In this document: positions 9,307 to 17,689 of the stretch, piece after piece
Position numbering within the stretch: position 1 is the first letter of the stretch
Layout: every line of letters begins with the position of its first letter
NCBI GenBank assembly: GCA_038874655.1
Contig: JAVZBY010000007.1
Location: 24,822-54,997, forward strand
Direction: 5' to 3'
Origin: Candidatus Woesearchaeota archaeon
GTDB taxonomy: Archaea; Nanobdellota; Nanobdellia; Woesearchaeales; GW2011-AR15
DNA length: 30,176 nucleotides
Notes under the pieces: model-generated
The model's database searches: none
Told to the model about the DNA's origin: nothing
The model's input: only the letters and a program-made list of their open reading frames with translations
Position numbers and translations under genes: made by a program

Positions 9307-11346
9307 TTGGTTGATTGCATAATAAAAAATGTAAGAAAAAGAGATAATTCTATTGATGTTTTTAAGATTTCAAAAATTGAAAATGCAGTTGAAAAAGCAA
9401 TGTTAGCAGTTCATATACAAAATGAAGAACTACCAAAAATAATTGCTTTAAAGGTTGTTGATGAATTAAATAAAAAAGAAAAAGATTATATACCTCATGT
9501 TGAAGAGATACAAGACATTATTGAAAAAACATTGATTAATGAAGGTCATGCTGAAATTGCAAAAGCATATATACTTTATAGGCAAAAAAGAGCAGAATTA
9601 AGAAAATTAAAACAAGATCTTTTAGGAAGATTTGATGATTCTAAATTAAGTATTAATGGTTTATTGGTTGCAAAATCAAGATATTTACTTGCAGATAATA
9701 ATGGAAATGTATTAGAGAGTCCAAAAGAAATGTTTAAAAGAGTAGCTAAAGCAGTTGCAAATGCTGAAAAACTTTATAAAAAACCAGAAGAAGAAAGAAA
9801 AAAATTAGAAGAGGAATTTTATGAGATAATGCATTCATTAGAATTTGTGCCAAGTGGTAGAATTTTGGCAAACGCAGGAAGAAAAAAAGCTATGCTATAT
9901 AGTAGTTTTGTTATTCCAATAGAAGATAATATAAAAGGTGTTTTTAGAGCACTTTATGAAAAAGCATTGATTCAAAGATTAGGTGGCGGAACAGGATTTT
10001 CATTTTCAAGATTAAGGCAAAAAGGCAAAAAATTAAACACAACCTCTGGATATGCTTCTGGGCCAGTTGCTTTTATAAAGTTGTTTGACCATGCCTCTGA
10101 TTTAACTGTTCATGTGGGAAATAGAAAACCAGCAAACATGGGATCTTTAAGTGTTGAGCATCCTGATATTATTGAATTTATAACAATGAAAGATAGAAGA
10201 GAAATTAAAAACTTCAATATTAGTGTTGAGATCACAGATTCTTTTATGAATGCAGTTAAAACTAATGAAAAGTATGCATTAAAAGATCCTAGTACTGGTG
10301 AGATTATTGATTATGTTGATGCAAATAATATTTTTCATTTAATTATAACAATGGCATGGAAAACAGGAGACCCTGGTGTTTTATTTATTGATAAAATTAA
10401 TGACTTAAATCCATTTCCTAAAATTGCCAGGATAGAAACAACAGATCCTTGCGGTGATCAATTATTATTGCCTTATGAAGGTGGAATTTTAGGTGCAATA
10501 AATCTTTCTAAATTTGTTAAATATGAGAAAATATCTTGGAAGAGATTAGAAGAAGTTGTTAAACTGAGTGTTAGATTTTTAGATAATGCAATAGACATAA
10601 GTAATTTTCCAATAAAAAAATTAGAAGAAATGGCGAAAGGAACAAGAAAAATAGGTTTAGGTGTAATGGGTTTTGCAGATATGCTTTATAAATTGAGAAT
10701 TCCTTATAATTCTGAGAAAGCAGTTGAAACAGCAGAAAAAATAATGAAATTCATTTATAATATTGCTTATGATACTTCAGAAGAATTATCTAATGAAAAA
10801 GGTGTTTTTCCATATTGGAGTCAAAGTATATATAAAGGAAAAAGAAAATTAAGAAATAGTTCTTTATTGGCAATTTCTCCAACTGGCTCTAGAAGCATAT
10901 TAGCAGATACTAGTCCTGGAATTGAGCCAAATTTTGCATTAGGTTATACTAGAAAAATTTTAGGTAGTATGGATATATTACAAATTAACAAAGTTTTAGA
11001 ACAAGAGCTAAAGGATAGAAATTTGTATAATGAGGAACTATTAAAAGAGATAATTTCAAAAGGTTCATTAAGAAATATTAATTTACCCAATATTCAAATT
11101 CCTGATGATTTAAAAAATGTTTTTATTACTGCTTATGAAGTAGAGCCTGAGTGGCATATTAAAATACAAGCAGCTTTTCAAAAATATATTGATAATGCAA
11201 TATCTAAAACAATAAATTTTGAAAAAAATGCAACCATAGAAGATATAAAAAAAGCATTTTTATTAGCATATGATCTAGGCTGTAAAGGAATTACTGTTTA
11301 TAGACAAGGTAGTTTAAATGAAGAGGTGTTTAGCATTGCCAAGTAA
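9307..11346 (+). CDS. nrdJ: ATP-cone class II (adenosylcobalamin-dependent) ribonucleotide-reductase-like protein with non-canonical active site
   Basis: SD GGGGTGA plus TTG start. ATP cone (VRKRD...VEEIQDIIEKTL...AKAYILYR). NrdJ motifs GGGTGFSFSRLR, SGPVAF, HPDIIEFI, NFNISV, GDPGVLFID, RKIGLGVMGFAD, ISPTG..GIEP, HIKIQAAFQKYIDNAISKTIN and KGITVYR. Catalytic residues are altered (see findings). Confidence 0.9.
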   Translation: MVDCIIKNVRKRDNSIDVFKISKIENAVEKAMLAVHIQNEELPKIIALKVVDELNKKEKDYIPHVEEIQDIIEKTLINEGHAEIAKAYILYRQKRAELRKLKQDLLGRFDDSKLSINGLLVAKSRYLLADNNGNVLESPKEMFKRVAKAVANAEKLYKKPEEERKKLEEEFYEIMHSLEFVPSGRILANAGRKKAMLYSSFVIPIEDNIKGVFRALYEKALIQRLGGGTGFSFSRLRQKGKKLNTTSGYASGPVAFIKLFDHASDLTVHVGNRKPANMGSLSVEHPDIIEFITMKDRREIKNFNISVEITDSFMNAVKTNEKYALKDPSTGEIIDYVDANNIFHLIITMAWKTGDPGVLFIDKINDLNPFPKIARIETTDPCGDQLLLPYEGGILGAINLSKFVKYEKISWKRLEEVVKLSVRFLDNAIDISNFPIKKLEEMAKGTRKIGLGVMGFADMLYKLRIPYNSEKAVETAEKIMKFIYNIAYDTSEELSNEKGVFPYWSQSIYKGKRKLRNSSLLAISPTGSRSILADTSPGIEPNFALGYTRKILGSMDILQINKVLEQELKDRNLYNEELLKEIISKGSLRNINLPNIQIPDDLKNVFITAYEVEPEWHIKIQAAFQKYIDNAISKTINFEKNATIEDIKKAFLLAYDLGCKGITVYRQGSLNEEVFSIAK

Positions 11347-11917
11347 ATTTAAAATCTATACTAAGGTTGGGGATTTTGGAGAAACAAATTTGTGTGATGG
11401 TTCTAAAACTTCAAAAGATTCATTTAGAGTTGAAGCTTATGGTTCTGTTGATGAGTTAAACTCACTATTAGGTTTATGTATAGTTAAATGTCCATATGAA
11501 GATGTTAAAGAACATTTAAAAGATATACAAATGGATTTATTTGCTATAGGAAGTAATCTAGCTTATCCTTCTGATTTAAGTCAAGCAAGTATAAAAGGGC
11601 CAAATATAGCAGAAAAAATTCCAAGAATAAATGATGAATTAATTGAAAAATTAGAAAAATTAATAGATAAATATGATGAAGAATTGCCAGTTTTAAAACA
11701 TTTTATTTTAGCAGGAGGTAATGAAATTTCAGCGTTATTACATTTTGCAAGAACTGTTTGCAGAAGAGCTGAAAGAAGGGTAGTAAGTTTAAAAAATCAT
11801 GAAGAGGTTAATAAAAACATAATTAAATATATGAATAGATTATCTGATTATTTATTTACTGCTGCAAGATTAGTTAGTCATAGAGATAGAAAAAAGGATA
11901 TTGAATGGATTCCCTAA
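11336..11917 (+). CDS. pduO: ATP:cob(I)alamin adenosyltransferase, PduO type
   Basis: KIYTKVGDFGET, RVEAYGSVDELNS, LHFARTVCRRAER, YMNRLSDYLF. Likely TTG 11336 after SD GAGGTG (11323-11328) inside the nrdJ 3' end; alternative ATG 11318. Confidence 0.93.
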   Translation: MPSKFKIYTKVGDFGETNLCDGSKTSKDSFRVEAYGSVDELNSLLGLCIVKCPYEDVKEHLKDIQMDLFAIGSNLAYPSDLSQASIKGPNIAEKIPRINDELIEKLEKLIDKYDEELPVLKHFILAGGNEISALLHFARTVCRRAERRVVSLKNHEEVNKNIIKYMNRLSDYLFTAARLVSHRDRKKDIEWIP

Positions 11918-11985
11918 TTTTAGAAATTTTGTTAGATTTTTATATTCTTTTTAATAAAATTATATTATTTTGAAATGGTGATATA

Positions 11986-12690
11986 ATGGAAATAAAAAAA
12001 ATTAATGTGTTGGACAAGGGTTTTGTTGAATTGCTAGATACAATGCCACAAGATAAAATGGATATGGCAGTTGTTTCTGCTGCAAGAGTTTCTTATTTAA
12101 CTGATTCAAAAGGTGAAGAAAAAGATAAAGCATTAATTGATTTTTTGATGAAACATGGGCATACAAGTCCTTTTGAAATGGCTGAATTTAAATTTAGGGT
12201 TAAAGCTCCTGTTGTTGTATGGTGGCAATGGGTCAGACATAGAATGGCAGAGTATAATGCACAATCAGGAAGATATGTAAAGTATGATGAAACAGAGTAT
12301 TATTTACCAGATAAATTAAGGCAGCCTGCAAAACATAACAGGCAAGCCTCAGATGAAGATAAATTTATTGAAGGTCAAGAGCATTTAATAAAAGAAATGG
12401 AAGAACATTACAAGAAAGGAATTTCACTATATAATAAGCTTTTAGAAAAAGGTGTTGCAAGAGAAGAAGCACGCTTAGTTTTACCTGGTTTTGCTATGTA
12501 TCATACTTTTATTGTTAAAATGAATTGTCATTCTTTAATGAACTTTATAAACAAAAGAAACCATAGAGATGCTCAATGGGAAATAAGACAATATGCAAAA
12601 GTTATAGAAGACTTTTTTAAAGAGAAAATGCCATGGAGCTATGAAGCATATAAAAAATGGTATCCTGGCGTTGATAGGAATTTAGAATAA
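11986..12690 (+). CDS. thyX: flavin-dependent thymidylate synthase
   Basis: RHR-x7-S-x-R motif (RHRMAEYNAQSGRY), plus AARVSY, GHTSPFE, REEARLVLP and AQWEIRQYA. SD GGTGA 4 nt before ATG. Confidence 0.95.
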   Translation: MEIKKINVLDKGFVELLDTMPQDKMDMAVVSAARVSYLTDSKGEEKDKALIDFLMKHGHTSPFEMAEFKFRVKAPVVVWWQWVRHRMAEYNAQSGRYVKYDETEYYLPDKLRQPAKHNRQASDEDKFIEGQEHLIKEMEEHYKKGISLYNKLLEKGVAREEARLVLPGFAMYHTFIVKMNCHSLMNFINKRNHRDAQWEIRQYAKVIEDFFKEKMPWSYEAYKKWYPGVDRNLE

Positions 12691-12774
12691 ATAAAATATA
12701 ATAAACTTGTGAATAAAAATATATTTATTTTAATTAACTTTTAAATTTTATTTAGTTATAAAAAAAGAAGATAT

Positions 12775-13248
12775 TTACTCAACATCCTCAATTTCTGGTT
12801 CTTCAGTCTCTCTTCTAATAACTTTTACTGCATCTAATTTTACTGTAATTGGAATTTTTACAGCTGCTTGTATTAATTCAACAACAACTTCTTCTTTTGT
12901 TTTATCAATTCTTTGAACTTTTGCTTGCTCTCTTTTAAAAGGGCCAGAAATTATTTCAACAATATCATTTTTTTGTATATTAACTTCTTTTTTCACTTGT
13001 TCTAGCATGTGTTCTATTTCTTTATAATCAACAGGTTTTGGCAAAATTCCACGAGCATATGGAACACCAAAAGCAGCTTGCTCAGCATCAGATTTTGTTT
13101 CAGCTTCAACAAAAAGATAACCTCTCATACCATGAGGTCTAATAACAGAGTAAACATTTAATTTTTTTTTAAGAGCATTACTTGAAACAAAATCTAAAAC
13201 TTGGTCTTCTCTATTAGCTGTTGTTCTTAAAGCAAATAATGTTGGCAT
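12775..13248 (-). CDS. spt5: transcription elongation factor Spt5 (archaeal NusG)
   Basis: NGN domain (LRTTANRE...RGYLFVE) plus KOW (DIVEIISGPFK). SD GGAGGT. Confidence 0.95.
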   Translation of the reverse strand: MPTLFALRTTANREDQVLDFVSSNALKKKLNVYSVIRPHGMRGYLFVEAETKSDAEQAAFGVPYARGILPKPVDYKEIEHMLEQVKKEVNIQKNDIVEIISGPFKREQAKVQRIDKTKEEVVVELIQAAVKIPITVKLDAVKVIRRETEEPEIEDVE

Positions 13249-13341
13249 TTTAACCTCCTAGTTTATATGAAAATAAAAGGATTTAATTTTTATTTTTTTT
13301 TCTAAAAAAATTATGTTTTTTAAGACTATAAAATTTTTAAT

Positions 13342-13512
13342 TTATACTATTATTTCTTTTAATAGGAATAATAAAAATCCCATTAATCCTAGTAATAATA
13401 TCCCTAAGCCAGATACTTTGACAATTGTTTGCAATTCTTCTTTAGTTGGCTTTTTTGTTACAGTTAATACTCTTTTGCATTCAATTATAAATGATTTTAG
13501 ATTTTGAAGCAT
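13342..13512 (-). CDS. secE: protein translocase subunit SecE / Sec61-gamma (56 aa; missed by the ORF track)
   Basis: Manual translation MLQNLKSFIIECKRVLTVTKKPTKEELQTIVKVSGLGILLLGLMGFLLFLLKEIIV* shows RVL..TKKP..EE plus a TM helix. Canonical position upstream of spt5. Confidence 0.92.
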   Translation of the reverse strand: MLQNLKSFIIECKRVLTVTKKPTKEELQTIVKVSGLGILLLGLMGFLLFLLKEIIV

Positions 13513-13533
13513 TAAGATAAAGCAAAAATATCA

Positions 13534-13543
13534 AGTATATAAA
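13534..13543 (-). promoter_or_regulatory. TATA box TTTATATACT of the secE-spt5 unit, probably leaderless
   Basis: 21 nt upstream of the secE ATG, with no SD present. Confidence 0.55.
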
Positions 13544-13650
13544 GATTACTAGTTTTTAGATTTTAAATTAAATTTTTTTTAGAATTTTTGCTTTATTTTA
13601 ATGTTTAAAAGAATCAAAAAATATTTAATTATGTTGTATTTTTTTAATTT

Positions 13651-14199
13651 GTGAATAAACTAGAAAATTTTAAAATTTTCCTAGAAAAAAATAAAATTTT
13701 TCTCATATTTGCATTATTACTAATAATAATATTCAATAAATATTTAGCCCTTGTTTTCACATTTATTATATTAGGTTTTATTAGTTTGTATAGTATAAAA
13801 GTTAGTAGAATTGTGCCTCATATATCTGTTGAAACTGTTGGAGCATCTTCAATATTAATTTCCTATGTATGGGGATGGAAGTTTGGATTAGCTTTTGCGT
13901 TAATTATTGGTTTTTATGGTTATGCTAGAGAAGGTTTAATCAAATTAAAATCTATAGTAAATGTTTTATTAATGGGTGTTGTAGCAGTTGTAGCATCTAT
14001 CTTTTATAGTTTACATTATAGCTTTTTTGTTTCATATATGCTTAGTTTTATTGTTAGAATGGTTTTAAATGCTATTATTTTTCCTATGATTGAATCAGAT
14101 ATGTTTGAAAATATGATTCATGGGTTTGGAGATCCTTTGTTTAATATGTTTATAACTTTTCATTTTATAAATCTTTACTATATGAGATGGAATTTATAA
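13651..14199 (+). CDS. polytopic membrane protein, ECF S-component-like
   Basis: About 6 hydrophobic segments. RIVPHISVET...SYVWGWKFG aligns with RFVPHITLET...AYLYGPAAG of 14875-15468. The family assignment is inference. Confidence 0.7.
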   Translation: MNKLENFKIFLEKNKIFLIFALLLIIIFNKYLALVFTFIILGFISLYSIKVSRIVPHISVETVGASSILISYVWGWKFGLAFALIIGFYGYAREGLIKLKSIVNVLLMGVVAVVASIFYSLHYSFFVSYMLSFIVRMVLNAIIFPMIESDMFENMIHGFGDPLFNMFITFHFINLYYMRWNL

Positions 14200-14287
14200 T
14201 AAAAATCAAAAAAATTATATAATTAACAGTCTTACAAATTTGAAAATTATCTAACCATTGAATAATATTTAAATTAAGGTGAAAAAA

Positions 14288-14806
14288 ATGAAAAATAATC
14301 CTTTTAGCATTGTAGATAAAATTATTACAGAAACACCTGTTTCAGAGATAATGATAACTTCAATTATGACTTTAAAAGAAAGTAATAATGTAAAAGATGC
14401 AATTGATTTAATGGCAGAACATTCAATATCTGGTGTTTTAATTAAAGATTCAAAAAATAAACCAATAGGCATAGTAAGTGAGGGAGATATTATAAAAAAG
14501 GTTTTGCATAAGAATAAAGATCCTAAAAAAGTTCTTTTGAAGGAAATAATGAGCAAACATTTATTCACTATAAAAAATGATGAGCATATTGGAAAAGCAG
14601 CAGAAATCATGAAAAAAAATTCAATAAGTAAATTGCCTGTGGTAAATGAAGAAAATGAAATGATTGGATATATAACTAAAGCTGATTTATTAGAGAAACT
14701 TAATGAGATCTATTATCAAAATAGTAGATTAAAATGGTTGCCAATAGTTCTTATTATACAATTATTAGTTATATGTGTATTGATTTGGATGTATATCAAT
14801 AAGTAG
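14288..14806 (+). CDS. CBS-pair protein with C-terminal transmembrane anchor
   Basis: Two CBS repeats (PVSEIM...IGIVSEGDI; LKEIMS...KLPVV...IGYITKADL), then WLPIVLIIQLLVICVLIWMYINK*. SD AAGGTGA 5 nt before ATG 14288. Confidence 0.88.
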   Translation: MKNNPFSIVDKIITETPVSEIMITSIMTLKESNNVKDAIDLMAEHSISGVLIKDSKNKPIGIVSEGDIIKKVLHKNKDPKKVLLKEIMSKHLFTIKNDEHIGKAAEIMKKNSISKLPVVNEENEMIGYITKADLLEKLNEIYYQNSRLKWLPIVLIIQLLVICVLIWMYINK

Positions 14807-14874
14807 ATTTTATTTTTTCATAAAAAACATATAGAAAACTTTATAATAATTAAAAAAAACAAAATCATAGAAAA

Positions 14875-15468
14875 TTGATAAACAAAGAAAAACAAAAATT
14901 AAAAGAGAAATACACGCAATTAGCAAAAAAGTATTTAGATACAAAAAAGATTCTTGTTATTTTTATTGCGCTTATATTGATATTAATGTTTTCTAAGGCA
15001 TTTAAAGGTATTTTACTTATAATTTTATTTATACCCTTAGTGCATTATTCTGTGAGAATTACAAGATTTGTGCCGCATATAACATTAGAAACTTATACAG
15101 GAAGTGCAATTTTAATGGCTTATTTATATGGACCTGCTGCAGGTGCTCTAAGTGCTTTGGTTTTAGGAATTTATGGTTATTTTTCTAATGGAGTAACAAA
15201 ATTTTTAGCTTTATTGAATGTATTTGTAGCAACTTTAACTGGATTTGTTTTTGGTTTTTTAGTTCAGCATAAGTTATTAAATTTAGGGTTTTCCTCAACA
15301 TTTTTTGTAGCAATACTCTTTAATAATATTGTTTCATATTTTGTTTTTTTGGTTTTTGATCCAGACCAAATACAAAATGTAATTTACAGAATTACTCATG
15401 TAATATGGAATGGCTTTATATCAATCCTATTTTTTACTTTATTATATAACCTGTATAATTTATTTTAA
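14875..15468 (+). CDS. polytopic membrane protein, ECF S-component-like (paralog of 13651-14199)
   Basis: Shares YS....R.VPHI..ET and Y..G...G motifs with 13651-14199; ~6 TM; TTG start. Confidence 0.7.
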   Translation: MINKEKQKLKEKYTQLAKKYLDTKKILVIFIALILILMFSKAFKGILLIILFIPLVHYSVRITRFVPHITLETYTGSAILMAYLYGPAAGALSALVLGIYGYFSNGVTKFLALLNVFVATLTGFVFGFLVQHKLLNLGFSSTFFVAILFNNIVSYFVFLVFDPDQIQNVIYRITHVIWNGFISILFFTLLYNLYNLF

Positions 15469-15565
15469 ATAATTTTTATTATTTTATTATTATTATTTTA
15501 TTCTTATTCTATAAAATTATCTAATTTAAGTTATATTTTTAAGTAAAAGATTTTTTTATATTTTT

Positions 15566-16348
15566 ATGAAAGTGATAAAAGTTCCTTTTAATGCTAATGC
15601 ACTTGAAAAAAAAAACGGAATAGAAAACGCACCAGATAAGATTGTTTCTTTTTTAAATAATTTTTATTTAAAAGAAAATGGTTTATTACCTTTTTTTGAA
15701 ATAGATTCAATAAAAGTTGATAATGCTAATATAGAATATAGTAATCAACAAATTGAACTTTTTGTTTCTAATTTACAAGAAAAAGCAGTTCTTTTAGGTG
15801 GAGATCATTCTATAACTTATCCTAGCTTTAGAGCGTTTTCTAAAAAATTTAAAAATCCTGGCTTAATAATTTTTGATGCGCATGTAGATTGTGAAAATGA
15901 TTTTAGACCACCTACTCATGAAGATTTTGTTAGGGTTTTGATAGAAGAAGGCACACTAAAAAAAGAAAATCTTATTTTTATAGGTATTAGAAATATGCAT
16001 ACCAATGAGTTAGATTTCATAAAAAAGAATAAATTGAAAATATATGATATGAAAGAAATAAGTAATGATGGCAAAAATGAGATCATTGAAGCAATAATGT
16101 CAGTTGCAAAGAACTTTGATGGATTGTATATATCTTTAGATATTGATGCTCTAGATCCAGCATTTGCTCCTGGGACAGGCTATATTGAACCAGGAGGTTT
16201 ATCAACCAGAGAATTATTGTTTTTCATTCAAAAATTAAAAAATTTAAAAAATATTTATATGTGGGATTTAGTTGAAGTTAATCCTATCAAAGATATTAAT
16301 GATTTAACTTCTATAACAGCAGCTAAAATAATTATAGAAATAATTTAA
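15566..16348 (+). CDS. arginase/agmatinase family ureohydrolase
   Basis: Metal-ligand motifs GGDHSIT, DAHVD, SLDIDALDPAFAPGTG and DLVEVNP. Confidence 0.92.
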   Translation: MKVIKVPFNANALEKKNGIENAPDKIVSFLNNFYLKENGLLPFFEIDSIKVDNANIEYSNQQIELFVSNLQEKAVLLGGDHSITYPSFRAFSKKFKNPGLIIFDAHVDCENDFRPPTHEDFVRVLIEEGTLKKENLIFIGIRNMHTNELDFIKKNKLKIYDMKEISNDGKNEIIEAIMSVAKNFDGLYISLDIDALDPAFAPGTGYIEPGGLSTRELLFFIQKLKNLKNIYMWDLVEVNPIKDINDLTSITAAKIIIEII

Positions 16349-16387
16349 TTAAAATGAATTAAAAATAAAATTTTAATTATTAAAATT

Positions 16388-16951
16388 TTAAATTTTTCCT
16401 ACTAAATCTAAACCAGGCTTTAATGTTTTTTCTCCGGGTTTCCATGATGCAGGACATACTTCACCATCATGCTCTCTGACATATTTAGCAGCTTGTAATT
16501 TTCTTAATATTTCAGAAGCACTTCTTCCTATTGAATTATCATGAATGTCCATAGCTTTTAAAACACCATCAGGATCTATTATGAAGGTTGCTCTTAATGT
16601 AATTCCTTCATCTTCTAGATAGATGCCAAATTCTCTGGATATTTTTCCACTTGGGTCAGCACCCATAGGATATTTTATTTTGTTTATTGCTTTTGATTCA
16701 TCGTGCCATGCTTTATGAACAAAAACAGTATCAGTTGAAAAGCTTATGATTTCAGCATCTTCTTTTTTAAATTTTTCATAATAATCAGCTAATTCTTCTA
16801 ATTCTGTTGGACAAACAAAAGTAAAATCAGCAGGATAAAAAGCCAAAACTAGCCATTTTCCAATATAATCTGAAAACTTCATTTTTTTAATGTCATCATT
16901 ATAGTATGCTTCAAATTCAAAATCTTTTATTTTTTCTCCAATTTTTACCAT
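16388..16951 (-). CDS. ahpC: 2-Cys peroxiredoxin (AhpC/Prx1)
   Basis: FYPADFTFVCPTE and GEVCPASW. SD GAGGTGA. Confidence 0.95.
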   Translation of the reverse strand: MVKIGEKIKDFEFEAYYNDDIKKMKFSDYIGKWLVLAFYPADFTFVCPTELEELADYYEKFKKEDAEIISFSTDTVFVHKAWHDESKAINKIKYPMGADPSGKISREFGIYLEDEGITLRATFIIDPDGVLKAMDIHDNSIGRSASEILRKLQAAKYVREHDGEVCPASWKPGEKTLKPGLDLVGKI

Positions 16952-17013
16952 TTTTTCACCTCATTAAGATAATAAAGAATTTTTAAAAGATATAATATTT
17001 ATAACTTTTTTGT

Positions 17014-17670
17014 TTATAAACTTTTTAAAAAATTTTCAATTATAATATGATTTCTTACTTCTGGATGAAATAAAACTCCGTAAATAGGTTTTTCTTTATG
17101 TTTAATGCCTACTATTCTATTTTTTGATTTAGCAATGACTCTTAAATCTTTAGAAATTATAACATTGTTTGAATGAATTTCATATGCCTTAAAGACTCCA
17201 TTAAATAATGGATTTTCTTTAATTGTTTTAATTTCACTAAATGAAATAATTTTTTCTTTTTTTAAATTTGAATTAAATATTAATGAGATTATTTGCATAC
17301 CGGCACATATCCCTAATAAGGGTTTGTTTATTGACATAATCCAATGAAAATTATGCATATATTTTAAAAAATCTTGATCTTTTAAAGGATTACCTGAAAT
17401 TATAATATGGGTTATTTTTTTTAAATAAAATTCATTTTTTAAAATTATATTAAGTGAATCATCTCTGTAATCTAAAACAAAATAATTTAAATTTAGATTT
17501 TTAATTACATTGACTATTGGTTCAAGAAATTCATATTCACTTAATTTATTTGAACATGTATTTATTATTAAGATTTCTTTATTTGAATTATTTTTTTTTT
17601 CTTTTTTAGTAAATTGTTTATTGATTTTTTTTTCTTTTTTATAATTTATATTATATTCTACTTTTTTCAT
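17014..17670 (-). CDS. stand-alone class I glutamine amidotransferase
   Basis: IISG, KPLLGICAGMQ (nucleophile Cys) and GVLFHPE (His-Glu). Lys-rich N-terminal extension. Confidence 0.88.
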   Translation of the reverse strand: MKKVEYNINYKKEKKINKQFTKKEKKNNSNKEILIINTCSNKLSEYEFLEPIVNVIKNLNLNYFVLDYRDDSLNIILKNEFYLKKITHIIISGNPLKDQDFLKYMHNFHWIMSINKPLLGICAGMQIISLIFNSNLKKEKIISFSEIKTIKENPLFNGVFKAYEIHSNNVIISKDLRVIAKSKNRIVGIKHKEKPIYGVLFHPEVRNHIIIENFLKSL

Positions 17671-17689
17671 TTATTTATCATCTCTTTTT

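Noticed and set aside
9307-11346. Intein in the RNR-like gene explaining the missing cysteines
   Set aside because: Motif spacing and total length are normal, with no intein-sized insertion or HN-C/S/T junction at the altered sites.
13313-13507. 64-aa + strand ORF
   Set aside because: Antisense shadow of the real secE gene (13342-13512, minus strand).
14269-14610. 113-aa - strand ORF
   Set aside because: Antisense shadow of the CBS gene; no motif recognised.
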